Assembly: GCA_963805625.1 (NCBI GenBank)
Contig: CAWDVE010000025.1
Location: 30,726-94,725 of the forward strand
Length of the DNA: 64,000 nt
Direction of reading: 5' to 3'
DNA from: an uncultured Candidatus Rokubacteria bacterium
GTDB lineage: Bacteria > Methylomirabilota > Methylomirabilia > Rokubacteriales > DASRDR01
Part shown: positions 40,139 to 50,307 of the stretch, in pieces
Numbering within the stretch: position 1 is the stretch's first letter
Layout: each line of letters opens with the position of its first letter
Translations under genes and position numbers: made by a program
The notes under the pieces: generated by a model
Told to the model about the DNA's origin: nothing
Database searches by the model: none
What the model saw: only the letters and a program-made list of their open reading frames with translations

Positions 40139-40933
40139 TCAGCCGCGCGTGATCCAGAGGAGGAGCACTCCCAGCACGATCCGGTAGACCACGAACACGA
40201 GGAGCGTGCGTCGCTGGAGGTAGCTCACGAGGAACCGGATCGCCGCGAGCCCCGCCACGAACGAGGTGGCGACGCCGAGCGCGATCACACCGAGCCCGTG
40301 CCCGGTCGATCCCGCGCGGACCAGGCTGGAGGCCTCGAGAAGCCCGGCCGCCGCCGTGATGGGAAGACCCAGGAAGAAGGCGAAGCGGGCGGCGGTCGCG
40401 CGGTCGAGGCCCGCGAACAGCCCGGCCGAGAGCGTGATTCCCGACCGCGACGTTCCGGGGATGAGGGCGAGGGGCTGCGCGAAGCCGACGACGAGCGCCC
40501 GTCCGATGCCCACCTCGCGAAGGTCGTGGACACGGTTCCGTGCGGCGCGGCGATCCGCCCACCAGAGGACCAGGGCCCAGAGAATCGTCGACGCCGCGAC
40601 CACCGTCACGGAGCGGAGCCGGGACTCGATCACCCGCTGGAAGGCGAGCCCCGCGAGCCCGGCCGGGAGGGAGCCCAGCACGACGCCCGTGGCGAGGCGG
40701 CGGTCGGCGGGCCGGCCCTCCAGGATTCCCGCCGTCAGCTGTCGGAGGTCTCCGGTGAAGTAGATGAGGAGGGCGAGGACCGTCCCGAGGTGGACCGCGG
40801 CGTCGAAGGCAAGGCCCTGGTCCGGCCAGCCGAGGAGCATGGGGACGAGGATCAGGTGGCCCGACGACGAGACCGGCAGGAACTCCGTGGCACCCTGGAC
40901 GACCCCCAGGACGATCGCGTGGAGAGGCGTCAT
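40139..40933 (-). CDS. uppP: Undecaprenyl-diphosphatase
   Basis: QGATEFLPVSSSGHL, HLGT, PGTSRSG. Confidence 0.94.
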   Translation of the reverse strand: MTPLHAIVLGVVQGATEFLPVSSSGHLILVPMLLGWPDQGLAFDAAVHLGTVLALLIYFTGDLRQLTAGILEGRPADRRLATGVVLGSLPAGLAGLAFQRVIESRLRSVTVVAASTILWALVLWWADRRAARNRVHDLREVGIGRALVVGFAQPLALIPGTSRSGITLSAGLFAGLDRATAARFAFFLGLPITAAAGLLEASSLVRAGSTGHGLGVIALGVATSFVAGLAAIRFLVSYLQRRTLLVFVVYRIVLGVLLLWITRG

Positions 40934-40957
40934 GTGCGGCAGGGGCGGACCCCGCCG

Positions 40958-41782
40958 CTACCCCACGACATCCTCGCCGCCGTCGACCCCGAGGACGTTG
41001 CCCGTCATCCAGTAGGTGGCGGAATGAGAGAAGGCGACGATCGCCCGGGCGACGTCCTCGGTGGTGGTGAGGCGCCCCGCAGGGTTGCGGGCGAGAGCGC
41101 CGGCCTTGATCCGGTCTGAGCCGGGGATCTTCTGGAGCGCGGGAGTATCGGTGACGCCGGCGCGGATGGCGTTGACCGTGATGCTGCGGGGCGCCAGCTC
41201 CATCGCGAGCTGGCGCACGTGGGACTCGAGCGCCGCCTTGGCGCCCGATACCGGCCCGTAGTTCGGTAGGACGCGGGTGCCGCCGCCGCTCGTCATCGCG
41301 AGGATCCGGCCGCCGGGACCCATGAGGCCCCGGAACACCACGTCCTGCGTCCAGTAAACCAGGCTGTGGGCCATGACGTCGAGCGTCATGTCCATCTGGT
41401 CCTTCGTCACGGCCTCCTTCGGGTTGTCGGCCACGAACGGCCGGAGCGAGCCGAACGCGAGGGAGTGCAGCAGCACGCGGAGCCGGCCGCGCTCGCCGCG
41501 CGCGTCCAGCTCCCGCTCGACCGCGTCCAGCACCTCTGCTCGCTGGGCCGGATCCGCCGCGTTGGCGTTGAAGAAGAGGGCCTGTCCGCCTCGCCGCCGC
41601 ACCTCGGCCGCGATCCGCTCCGCGTTCGGAAGCGTCGCCTTGCGGTCCAGGTGGACACCGGCCACCGACATCCCCGCTTCGGCGAGCGCGAGCGTGGTGG
41701 CCTCGCCGAACCCGGAGGAGGCGCCGAGGATCAGCGCCCAGCCGGACAGACGGATCGGGGAGTCGTCGGGACCATGGGCCAT
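40958..41782 (-). CDS. SDR oxidoreductase, FabL-like enoyl-ACP reductase
   Basis: LILGASSGFG, YGPVSGAKAALE, VNAIRAGVTDT. Confidence 0.8.
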   Translation of the reverse strand: MAHGPDDSPIRLSGWALILGASSGFGEATTLALAEAGMSVAGVHLDRKATLPNAERIAAEVRRRGGQALFFNANAADPAQRAEVLDAVERELDARGERGRLRVLLHSLAFGSLRPFVADNPKEAVTKDQMDMTLDVMAHSLVYWTQDVVFRGLMGPGGRILAMTSGGGTRVLPNYGPVSGAKAALESHVRQLAMELAPRSITVNAIRAGVTDTPALQKIPGSDRIKAGALARNPAGRLTTTEDVARAIVAFSHSATYWMTGNVLGVDGGEDVVG

Positions 41783-41972
41783 CAGCGCGCCTCCGCGCGG
41801 CTTGGGAATGGACGTCGCCGCGCCGCTATTCTAGCGCACGCGGCTCGCGGCTCACAGACGTGGGAACTCCGGCGACGGGCCTCGCGTTGAGCCGCGCTCG
41901 CCCCCGTGTTACGCTCCGCTCGGGCCGCGCGGAGCGCGTGGCCGCGACCCGCCACCCGATCCAGGAGGCCCT

Positions 41973-43142
41973 GTGAGCAGCGTCAAGACCGACATCCAGC
42001 ACGCCCTCGACGGCCTGGCCGGCGAGCTCGAGGGGCTGTCCCGGAAGATCCACGACCACCCCGAGCTGGGCTACCAGGAGGTGCAGGCCTCAGGCTGGCT
42101 GTGCGCGTTCCTCGAGGCCAAGGGGTTCGAGGTCGAGCGCGGCGTCGGCGGGGTCCCGACCGCGTTCCGTGCGACCGTGAAGGGAGCCGGCGACGGCCCC
42201 ACGGTTGCGATCATGTGCGAGTACGACGCGCTGCCCAGCATCGGGCACGCGTGCGGGCACAATATCATCGCGACGTCGGGGGCGGGCGCCGGCGCGGCCC
42301 TGGCGGCCGTGCGCTCCCGGCTTCCCGCCGGCCGGGTCCAGGTGATCGGCACGCCCGCCGAGGAGGGTGGCGGCGGCAAGGTGAAGCTCCTCCGCGCCGG
42401 CGTGTTCGAGGGTGTGGACTGCGCGATGATGATCCACGGCTTCGACCGGACCATCCTCCACCAGGATCTCCTCGGGATCGTGCGGACCGACTTCGAGTAC
42501 GCCGGCAAGGCGGCCCACGCCGCGGCCGACCCCTGGGTCGGGGTCAACGCGCTCGACGCCTGCATCCAGACGTTCAACGCGGTGAGCATGCTGCGCCAGC
42601 AGGTGAGACCGGACTGCCGTATCCACGGCATCATCGTGAATGGTGGGGCCGCGGCAAATATCATCCCCGAGTACGCGAAAGCGACGTTCTACGTCCGGGC
42701 GCCGCGGATCGACACGATGTGGGAGCTCCACCGGCGCGTGCTCGCCTGCGCGGAGGGGGCGGCCCGCGCCACGGGCGCGACGCTGACCGTCACCCAGCAC
42801 GAGATGGTCTACGAGCCGCTCAAGCGGAACCAGACCCTCCTGGACCTCTTCGCCGCGAACATGCGTGGCGCGGGGCTCGTCGAGGGAGAGGCCGTCCCCG
42901 ACCGGCTGGGCTCCTCCGATGTTGGCAACGTGAGCCAGGCTCTCCCGACGATCCAGCCGATGGTGGCCATCGCGCCGACCGGGATGGCGATCCACACCCG
43001 CGACTTCGTCGACGCCGCGATCGAGCCCCTGGCCCACGGCGGCATGCTCGCGGCGGCGAAGACGATGGCTCTGACCACCTACGATCTCCTGGCGGATCCG
43101 GCGCGCGTGCGCGCGGCCAAGGAGGAGTTCGCCCGCGGCTGA
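41973..43142 (+). CDS. M20 family amidohydrolase (PM20D2/AbgB-like)
   Basis: EYDALPSIGHACGHN, GTPAEEGGGGK, GSSDVGNVS. Confidence 0.9.
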   Translation: MSSVKTDIQHALDGLAGELEGLSRKIHDHPELGYQEVQASGWLCAFLEAKGFEVERGVGGVPTAFRATVKGAGDGPTVAIMCEYDALPSIGHACGHNIIATSGAGAGAALAAVRSRLPAGRVQVIGTPAEEGGGGKVKLLRAGVFEGVDCAMMIHGFDRTILHQDLLGIVRTDFEYAGKAAHAAADPWVGVNALDACIQTFNAVSMLRQQVRPDCRIHGIIVNGGAAANIIPEYAKATFYVRAPRIDTMWELHRRVLACAEGAARATGATLTVTQHEMVYEPLKRNQTLLDLFAANMRGAGLVEGEAVPDRLGSSDVGNVSQALPTIQPMVAIAPTGMAIHTRDFVDAAIEPLAHGGMLAAAKTMALTTYDLLADPARVRAAKEEFARG

Positions 43143-43166
43143 GGCGCGGCGCGTACCGGGCCGGTG

Positions 43167-43895
43167 ATGGCGAAAACGGCCGGGATCATCCTCATCGGCA
43201 ACGAGATCCTGTCGGGGAAGGTCGCCGATCAGAACGCGCTCTACCTGTGCCGCGAGTTCCGTCAACTCGGGGTCGACGTCCAGAAAGTCGCGATCATCCC
43301 CGACGAGGTCGATCTGATCGCCCGCGAGGTCGCCGAGTTCTCCCGGGCGTACGACTGGGTGTTCACCTCCGGTGGCGTGGGCCCGACCCACGACGACGTC
43401 ACGATCGAGGGGGTGGCGCGCGCGTTCGGACGCCGGGTCGTGCGCGACCCGGGTCTCGCGGCGGCGCTCGAGGAGGTCTACCAGGCGCGGATCAACGACG
43501 CGCGGCTCAAGATGGCGGAGGTGCCGGAGGGCGCCCAGCTCCTGGCCTCGGACCATCTCATCGTTCCCGTGGTGGTGGTGGGCAATGTCCACGTGTTCCC
43601 GGGCGTTCCCGAGATCTTCCGCCGCAAGTTCGACGCGATCAAGGAGCGGTTCCGCGAGCGCCCCTATCTCTTGCGGGTCGTCTACTTCGGGGTGGGGGAG
43701 GGAACCCTCGCCGAGCATCTGAATGCCATGCTGCGCAGCTTCCCCGACCTCATGTGCGGCTCGTACCCCGAGTTCACGAACCCCGAGTACAAGGTGCGCG
43801 TGACCCTCGAGTCGAAGGAGCCCGAGTACCTGGAAGCGGCGCTCCAGGACCTCCTCGCCCGGCTGCCGGCCGACGCCGTCGTTCGGGTCCAGTAG
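43167..43895 (+). CDS. CinA N-terminal/molybdopterin-binding domain protein
   Basis: IGNEILSGKVADQN, SGGVGPTHDDVT, PGVP. Confidence 0.88.
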   Translation: MAKTAGIILIGNEILSGKVADQNALYLCREFRQLGVDVQKVAIIPDEVDLIAREVAEFSRAYDWVFTSGGVGPTHDDVTIEGVARAFGRRVVRDPGLAAALEEVYQARINDARLKMAEVPEGAQLLASDHLIVPVVVVGNVHVFPGVPEIFRRKFDAIKERFRERPYLLRVVYFGVGEGTLAEHLNAMLRSFPDLMCGSYPEFTNPEYKVRVTLESKEPEYLEAALQDLLARLPADAVVRVQ

Positions 43896-43913
43896 CGCGC
43901 GCCGGACGGCCTG

Positions 43914-44726
43914 TCACTGACGCTCGAGATGGGCCGCCAGGAACGCGGCCCACGCCTCCCAGTACGCTTCGCCGCCGACCTCGTGGGCGTCGTTGTGGTG
44001 GGCGCCCGGGATCGTGACGAATGCCTTGGGCTCGGACGCGGCATCGAAGACCGCGCGCCCCTGCCGGTACGGAACCACCTCGTCGGCGTCGCCGTGGAGC
44101 ACCAGGAGGGGCGTCGCGGCCCGGCCGATCATCCCCAGGGTGTCGTAGCGGGTGCGGATGAGCCAGCCTGCCCCGGGCATGGTGGCGCTGGCCATGGCCT
44201 GCACGGACGCGAACGGCGCCTCGAGGACGAGCGCCGCCGGCGGGTCCTCCGTCGCGAGCAGCGTGGCGACGGCGGCGCCGAGCGAGACGCCGAGGTAGAC
44301 CACCGGCCCGGGGTCGCGCTCCCGGAGCCAGGCGTTCATCGCCCGCGCGTCGGCGTACGTGCCCGCCTCGCTCGGGACCCCCTCGCTCCGTCCGTACCCT
44401 CGATAGTCGAAGATCAGGATCGAGAGGCCAAGCCGGTTGTGGAAGGCCTCGAGCTTCCGGAGCCGATGCGAGATGTTCCCGGCGTTGCCGTGGCAGTAGA
44501 GGATGGTCGCCGGGCGCGGTCCAGGCACGAGCCAGCCATGGATCTTGACGCCGTCCTCGGCGGTGACCTCCACGTCCTCGTACGCGAGCCCGAGCGCGGC
44601 CGGCGTGCCCTCGAGGGTCGTCGCGGGGTGATAGATGAAGCTGCGCTCGAGCGCCGTGCCGCAGCCCGAGAGGAGGGCCAGGACCGAGGCGAGAACGGGC
44701 CCCACGATGCGGGCGCGCCCCTTCAG
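43914..44726 (-). CDS. Alpha/beta hydrolase lipoprotein (ABHD13/17-like)
   Basis: Lipobox LSGC; HGNAGNI, DYRGYG, GVSLG, HGDADEVV, GAHHN; start CTG 44726 or GTG 44705. Confidence 0.85.
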   Translation of the reverse strand: MKGRARIVGPVLASVLALLSGCGTALERSFIYHPATTLEGTPAALGLAYEDVEVTAEDGVKIHGWLVPGPRPATILYCHGNAGNISHRLRKLEAFHNRLGLSILIFDYRGYGRSEGVPSEAGTYADARAMNAWLRERDPGPVVYLGVSLGAAVATLLATEDPPAALVLEAPFASVQAMASATMPGAGWLIRTRYDTLGMIGRAATPLLVLHGDADEVVPYRQGRAVFDAASEPKAFVTIPGAHHNDAHEVGGEAYWEAWAAFLAAHLERQ

Positions 44727-45154
44727 GCGGTCTCCGGCCCGGGATCCTGCGGCGCCAGGATATGAGAGGCGTGGTGGTGGACGAGGCGCCATTGCGCGGC
44801 ATGTCGCTCGAAGAGGTTCGTCGCGAGGATGGCGGTGATCGACAGGCTCCCGCGCGTCTCCGCGATGATGTTCTCCGTGCAATGGACCCATGCGAGTTCT
44901 CCGCGCACCTCCACGCGGACGTCCGTGATGGTGAACCGCATCTCGGTCGTGCTCTCGAAGATGGCCGACCAGGAGCGGCGCACTTCCTCCCAGCCGTGGA
45001 GGCGGTTCCACCCGGGGTGCACGCATGCGACGTGGTCGCCGCGCGCCCAGACCTGGTCCATCTCGGCAAGGTCGAGGCTCTCGAAGGCCCGGTAGAAGCG
45101 CTCGTTCGCGTCGCGGACGGCTGCCCGGTCGTGCCGGCCGGCGTCGTCCGTCAC
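44723..45154 (-). CDS. SnoaL/NTF2-like protein
   Basis: ANERFYRAFE..CVHPGW..ATNLF..WRLVHHHAS. Confidence 0.88.
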   Translation of the reverse strand: MTDDAGRHDRAAVRDANERFYRAFESLDLAEMDQVWARGDHVACVHPGWNRLHGWEEVRRSWSAIFESTTEMRFTITDVRVEVRGELAWVHCTENIIAETRGSLSITAILATNLFERHAAQWRLVHHHASHILAPQDPGPETA

Positions 45155-45166
45155 AGCGGCCCTCGC

Positions 45167-45541
45167 TCAGGCGCCGGCGGCGTCGTCCGCGTCCTCGGGG
45201 AGCGCGCTCACGATGACCCGGTCGCCCTCGAGCCGCACGCCGAGTGGCCAGAGAGCCGCGCCGCCGCACGGGCCCCCCGCGCAGTGGCCGCTGTCCGGCT
45301 CGAAGAGCGCGCCGTGCGTGGCGCAGATGAGCAGCCGGCCGTCGTCGCTGAAGAACTCGTTCGGCCACCAGTCGAGCGGGGTGCCCGCATGCGCGCAACG
45401 GTTGATGTAGGCGTGGTAGCGGCCCTCGAAGTTGACCACGAACCCCTCGACCTTCGCCCCGCGCCAGCTTAGCGGGAACTTCGCCGACGAGCCGGGAGGG
45501 ACGTCCGCGATGGGGGCGGACCACTCCTGCCGGTCGCTCAT
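45167..45541 (-). CDS. Rieske [2Fe-2S] ferredoxin
   Basis: NRCAH..ICATHGALF..GPC. Confidence 0.9.
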   Translation of the reverse strand: MSDRQEWSAPIADVPPGSSAKFPLSWRGAKVEGFVVNFEGRYHAYINRCAHAGTPLDWWPNEFFSDDGRLLICATHGALFEPDSGHCAGGPCGGAALWPLGVRLEGDRVIVSALPEDADDAAGA

Positions 45542-45565
45542 GGAGCGTATGATACGATGAATCGC

Positions 45566-46513
45566 GTGACGACGACCGGACCTGCGGTCGAAGTCCGCGA
45601 CCTCAGCAAGACGTTTCGCACCGGGTGGCCCCGACGGCGGTTGCAGCCCGCCCTCCGGGGTGTCTCGTTCGTCGTCCCGCGCGGCGCGATCTTCGGGGTC
45701 CTGGGGCCGAATGGCGCCGGCAAGACCACCCTGCTCTCGATCCTGGCCACACTTCTCCTGCCGGATCGCGGTGAGGCGCGAGTCCTCGGCCTCGACGTGA
45801 TCCGCGACGCCCATCGGGTGCGCGAGCGCATCAATCTCTCCTCCGGCAGCGCCTCCTTCCTGTGGAGCCTCACGCCGCGCGAGATCCTCGACGTCGCCGC
45901 GCGGAGCTACGGGCTCGACGGAGGCGTTCGCCGACCGCGGGTGGCCGCCCTACTCGAGCAGTTCGAACTGGCGGCGCATTCCGGGGTGCCCTACAACGAG
46001 CTGTCGACGGGGCTCAAGCAGCGGCTCGCGCTGGCCAAGGCCTTCGTCAATGACCCGGAGCTTCTGATCCTGGACGAGCCGACCGTCGGGCTCGACCCTG
46101 ACATCTCGGTGCGCATCCGGGAACAGATCGCCGCGCTCCGCCGGTCTCGCCGCATGACCATCCTCCTGTCGACGCACTACATGCGCGAGGCGGAGCAGCT
46201 CTGCGACGAGGTCGTGTTCCTCCGCGAGGGCCGGATCCTCGCGAGCGGCGACCCCGGCACCCTGAAGCGCGAGGTGCTGCTCGGTGACCGGGTCGAGCTC
46301 GTCGCGGAAGGGGACGCCTGGCGCGGCCTGGCCGGGCTGCCCGGGGTGCTGGCCTGCACGACCGCCGACGGCCGCATCCGGGTGATCGTGGATGACGCGC
46401 GGAAGCGCCTGCCGGAGATCTTCCGCCATCTCCACGAGCGCGGGGTCCCGGTGAGCGACGTGACGGTGACCGAGCCGACGCTGGAGTCGGTCTTCATCGA
46501 GCTCGCGCGATGA
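45566..46513 (+). CDS. ABC exporter ATP-binding protein (DrrA-like)
   Basis: GPNGAGKTT, LSTG, LILDEPT, STH; TGATACGAT 7 nt before GTG 45566. Confidence 0.9.
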   Translation: MTTTGPAVEVRDLSKTFRTGWPRRRLQPALRGVSFVVPRGAIFGVLGPNGAGKTTLLSILATLLLPDRGEARVLGLDVIRDAHRVRERINLSSGSASFLWSLTPREILDVAARSYGLDGGVRRPRVAALLEQFELAAHSGVPYNELSTGLKQRLALAKAFVNDPELLILDEPTVGLDPDISVRIREQIAALRRSRRMTILLSTHYMREAEQLCDEVVFLREGRILASGDPGTLKREVLLGDRVELVAEGDAWRGLAGLPGVLACTTADGRIRVIVDDARKRLPEIFRHLHERGVPVSDVTVTEPTLESVFIELAR

Positions 46514-47352
46514 GCAGCCTGGCCACGCCGGCCGCCCTGCTCGACTGGTCCGTCGGCGCGTCCGTCCGGCGCGAGCTCGTGAAGGTGTCCGCCTTCTTCC
46601 TCCGCAACTGGCGGATGACCTACCGCAACGCGTTCACGGTCTTCGAGATCGTCTTCTGGCCAATCGTGAACCTCCTGTCGGTCGGGCTCCTGATCACCTT
46701 CCTCGCCGCGGAACCAGGAACGGTCGTGTTCGTGCTCGTGGGGACGTTCGCGCTTTCGACCGTCCAGGTCTGCCAGCTGGACGTGGCGTATGCGGCCCTC
46801 TTCGACATGTGGGCGAAGAGCATCAAGCATCAGCTCGTCGCTCCCATCCGGCCCTGGCACCTCGTGCTGGGGTCGTGGCTGATGGGGCTGGTGCGCGGGA
46901 CGGCAGTGTTCGCGCTCCAGGCGATCGTGAGCCACTGGGTGTTCGGCGTGAACGTGCTCGCGCATGGCCTGGCGCCCGCCGCGGCGCTCCTGGCCGGCCT
47001 GCTCCTCTCGGCGGCCGGCGTCGGTCTGCTCGTGTCGACCCTCCTCATGCTCTTCGGACTGCGGGCGGAGGTGTCGGCCTGGTCGGGCGTGAGCCTGGTG
47101 CTCCTGCTGTGTGGCGTCTACTACCCCGTCTCCGTCCTACCCGCGCCGCTCCAGGTGGTGGCCGCGGGGGTGCCGCTCACCCACTTCCTCGAGGCGTTCC
47201 GCGCGCACCTGGGGTACGCGCCGGTCTTCACGGCGCCGCTCCTTCGCGGCTACGGACTCGCCGTCCTCTACGTAGCGGGCGGCTACGCGCTCTTCGCGTG
47301 GGCCATACACCGGGCGCGGCGGACCGGGATGCTGCTCAAGCTCTCGGACTGA
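46510..47352 (+). CDS. ABC-2 type permease
   Basis: Six TM segments; GVYYPVSVLP..PLTH. Confidence 0.88.
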   Translation: MSSLATPAALLDWSVGASVRRELVKVSAFFLRNWRMTYRNAFTVFEIVFWPIVNLLSVGLLITFLAAEPGTVVFVLVGTFALSTVQVCQLDVAYAALFDMWAKSIKHQLVAPIRPWHLVLGSWLMGLVRGTAVFALQAIVSHWVFGVNVLAHGLAPAAALLAGLLLSAAGVGLLVSTLLMLFGLRAEVSAWSGVSLVLLLCGVYYPVSVLPAPLQVVAAGVPLTHFLEAFRAHLGYAPVFTAPLLRGYGLAVLYVAGGYALFAWAIHRARRTGMLLKLSD

Positions 47353-47362
47353 GCGGCGCCGG

Positions 47363-47755
47363 ATGAGAGTGGTCCGGGCGACAGGCTGGCTCGTGGCCCT
47401 GAGTGGGCTCCTCCTGGCCCTCGTGCCCGCGCCCCCTGCCGAAGGCGAGATGCTCCGGCGGTACTCGGGCCGCGTCATGGAGATCGACCTCGGCCGCGGC
47501 GTCATTGTGGTCGAGGAGCTCGGTCGGCGCGGGCTCCCGATCCGGCACCAGGTGCGCATCGAGGAGGAGACGCCCGTGGTGGCCGCGAGCCGGCTCCGTC
47601 TCGGGGACATGCGAGGGCAGAGCGCCTTCGGCGAGATGCCGGTGTCGCTCGTGGACGTCCTGGTCGGCGACTTCGTGGTCGTCGAGGGCGAGGATCTGGA
47701 GGGTCAGACCGTGGCTCGCCGGCTCACGATCGTGGAGACTCGCCGGAGGCCCTAG
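47363..47755 (+). CDS. Secreted hypothetical OB-fold-like protein
   Basis: Signal peptide; G.V..ID...G..LVGDFVVVEG..VARRL. Confidence 0.65.
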   Translation: MRVVRATGWLVALSGLLLALVPAPPAEGEMLRRYSGRVMEIDLGRGVIVVEELGRRGLPIRHQVRIEEETPVVAASRLRLGDMRGQSAFGEMPVSLVDVLVGDFVVVEGEDLEGQTVARRLTIVETRRRP

Positions 47756-47801
47756 CCTCGCCGCCCGCCGTCCCGCGTCGGGATCGAAGAGGAGGCGGTA
47801 C

Positions 47802-48839
47802 ATGACCGGACCCGAGCAGCCGCCAGCCATGTGGAGGCCTACGGGTGTGCCGGTGCCTGCGGGCGCCGGCTCGCTCTCCCGCCGGGCGTGGTTCGCCCGG
47901 GTAACAGGGCTCGGGATAGGGGTGGTGTCCGCCCGATCCCTCGAAGCAGCCGCCCCGCCTCCGGTGGGCCTGGCTCGAGGCGCCACAATGGCGGCCGCGG
48001 CTCGAGCGGCCGTCCGGCTGGCGGGCGGGCTCGACTTCATCCAGCCGGGGCAGACGGTGCTGGTGAAGCCCAACATCTGCTGCCCCCGGCCCCATCCCGC
48101 GACGACGAGCCCCGAGGTCCTGTCGGCGGTGCTGGAGTTGGTCCGGGCGCAGAAGGCCGGGCGCCTGGTCGTGGGCGACCAGACCTTTTACGTCCAGAAC
48201 ACCGTGGCCAACATGCGCCGGGCGGGCCTGGAAGAGGCAGTGCGTGCCCACGGCGCGGAGTTCGTGGCGTTCGACGATCTTCCCCGCCGGCACCTCCGTC
48301 CCCCGGCGGCGCGGCACTGGCCTGACGGGTACCGGATTCCCGCGATGCTCGATCAGGTGCACCACGTCGTGAACCTCGCCTGCGTGAAGACGCATTTCCT
48401 CGCCCGGTACACGATGGCGATGAAGAACGCCATCGGAGTGATCGACGCGGACAGTCGACGGTACTATCACCGCATCAGGGCGGAGCAGGGGTACGACGCC
48501 TTCGCCGCCCTGATCGCGGAGATGAGCCTCGCCTTCCGACCGTCGCTCAACATCCTGGACGGCACCTCGGCCTTCGTCAGCGGGGGACCAGCGGACGGTC
48601 GCGTGGTTCACCCCCGCCTCGTGATCGCCTCGCGGGACCTGCTCGCCACGGACGTTACGGGGCTTGCCGTACTGCGTCACCACGGCACCGACGCCTCGAT
48701 CCAGGATCAGTCGCCGTGGAGCCAGCCCAAGATTCGGTATGGGGTGGCGCTGGGCCTCGGCGTGAAGGGGCCGAACGAGCTCGATCTCCGCTCCGAGGGG
48801 ATCCAGGAGATCGCCGCCATCAGGCGCCTGACGGCCTGA
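47802..48839 (+). CDS. DUF362 domain protein with a Tat-like signal
   Basis: SRRAWF; VLVKPN, TTSP, NLACVKTH, TMAMKN..G, LNILDG. Confidence 0.85.
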   Translation: MTGPEQPPAMWRPTGVPVPAGAGSLSRRAWFARVTGLGIGVVSARSLEAAAPPPVGLARGATMAAAARAAVRLAGGLDFIQPGQTVLVKPNICCPRPHPATTSPEVLSAVLELVRAQKAGRLVVGDQTFYVQNTVANMRRAGLEEAVRAHGAEFVAFDDLPRRHLRPPAARHWPDGYRIPAMLDQVHHVVNLACVKTHFLARYTMAMKNAIGVIDADSRRYYHRIRAEQGYDAFAALIAEMSLAFRPSLNILDGTSAFVSGGPADGRVVHPRLVIASRDLLATDVTGLAVLRHHGTDASIQDQSPWSQPKIRYGVALGLGVKGPNELDLRSEGIQEIAAIRRLTA

Positions 48840-48852
48840 CGGGGGGCGGCGC

Positions 48853-49113
48853 TCAGCGCTGTCCTGGTCGCGCCAGCAGCGCCCAGAGCACCCAGGGGAC
48901 GGTGGCCGCCGCGGCGGCGAGCACGACGGCCTCTGCCACGATGCCGGAGGCGATCTGGCCACGGCGCCAGAGCTCCCAGAGGACCGTCCAGTCGCCGGGA
49001 TGCGCTGACAGATTGAGGGGTCCGTACGCCGCGTTCATCCGGAGGAAGAACCCCCCGCAGAAGGCAGCGACGCTTCCGGCCGCCGCGAGCCCGGCTCTCC
49101 ACCGTTGCGTCAC
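48853..49113 (-). CDS. Small 2-TM hypothetical protein
   Basis: GTGA overlap with the SDR stop; two hydrophobic segments. Confidence 0.55.
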   Translation of the reverse strand: MTQRWRAGLAAAGSVAAFCGGFFLRMNAAYGPLNLSAHPGDWTVLWELWRRGQIASGIVAEAVVLAAAAATVPWVLWALLARPGQR

Positions 49114-49958
49114 CGAGGATCCCCGGGCGCCCTCGCGTTGGATGGCGCCCGCCGCAGGACGCGCCTGCCGACGAAGGAGAGAAAGACGGCCCCGATCTCC
49201 GGGAGTACGCCGACCAGCCGGAGCCCGAGGTCGTTGAGGCGGCCGATCACCACGCGGCGCTGGCCACGGACCACCGCCCGGACGATGCGCCGCGCCACCC
49301 GCTCCGGGGGCACGGGCCGCTGGAAGAGATACCGCGACAGCACATCGGGCGGGTAGGCGTTCGCCTCGAAGAATGCGGTCCGGGTGCTTCCGGGCAGCAC
49401 CAGCAGCACCCTGACGCCGAGCGGCTCGACCTCGGCTCTCAGCGATCCGGCAAACCCGTTCACGGCATGCTTGCTGGCACAGTACGCCCCGGTGTACGGG
49501 AAGGGGAGCACGCCGAAGCCGGATGACACGAACACGATCGTGCCCTGCCGGCGCTCGAGCATTGCCGGGAGAAACACCTTGGTGCAGTGGACCGCGCCGA
49601 AGAAGTTGACCTCGAACACCGCCCGGATCCGCTCGAGGGAGAGGTCGACCACGGGCGCCCAGTGCCCGATGCCCGCGTTGTTGACCACAATGTCCGGTGT
49701 CCCGGCCTCCCGGCGCACCCGCTCGGCCATCGCGATGACCGCCTCCGGGTCCGAGACGTCGCAGGGGAGCACGAGAGGGGGATGGCCGCCACCGCCGGCC
49801 CGGGAGACCTCCTCGGCCGCGGCCCGGAGCCGCGACTCCGAGCGGGAGACGAGGATCACCCTTGCGCCGGCTCTGGCCAGCGCCGTCGTCGTGGCGCGCC
49901 CGATGCCGGAGGAGGCGCCAGTCACCACCGCCACGCGGCCCGCGAGGGAGTCCTTCAC
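49110..49958 (-). CDS. Classical SDR oxidoreductase
   Basis: TGASSGIG, NNAG, YCASK. Confidence 0.92.
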   Translation of the reverse strand: MKDSLAGRVAVVTGASSGIGRATTTALARAGARVILVSRSESRLRAAAEEVSRAGGGGHPPLVLPCDVSDPEAVIAMAERVRREAGTPDIVVNNAGIGHWAPVVDLSLERIRAVFEVNFFGAVHCTKVFLPAMLERRQGTIVFVSSGFGVLPFPYTGAYCASKHAVNGFAGSLRAEVEPLGVRVLLVLPGSTRTAFFEANAYPPDVLSRYLFQRPVPPERVARRIVRAVVRGQRRVVIGRLNDLGLRLVGVLPEIGAVFLSFVGRRVLRRAPSNARAPGDPR

Positions 49959-50092
49959 TCGTGTAGCGGTGCTACTTGGTGACCAGCCACGCCCGCACCA
50001 GACTCGGTGAGGATCGTCTCCTCGATCGTGCCGGGATATGCGCGCTTGAGGTCTTCGAGAAGATGCAGCAGATCGGCCCGCGTCTCGCCCAT
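49955..50092 (-). pseudogene. Short ORF resembling a truncated GHKL-ATPase N-terminus
   Basis: MGETRADLLHLLEDLKRAYPGTIEETILTE..; breaks off where the N-box is expected; family recalled, not searched. Confidence 0.35.
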
Positions 50093-50105
50093 CGGTGGGA
50101 TCGCG

Positions 50106-50250
50106 CTAGAGCGTCTCCACGAAGCCGGCGATCTCGTCGACCTGGAGGCCGGCGACGGCGATGGATGGGGCGTACACGACTTCGTCCCCTCCCCAGACGG
50201 TCGTGCCCTTGACCTCTCGCGTCACGCCGAGGACACCCTCGGGGTCGCGG
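50106..50250 (-). pseudogene. Gene remnant resembling a TldD/PmbA-family C-terminus
   Basis: ..VLGVTREVKGTTVWGGDEVVYAPSIAVAGLQVDEIAGFVETL* in a GC3-rich frame with no upstream body. Confidence 0.3.
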
Positions 50251-50307
50251 GCCCTGGACGTCCCGGAGTGGGCCGGGCATGTCTGTCGCGTGGAGGCAAG
50301 GCGACGG

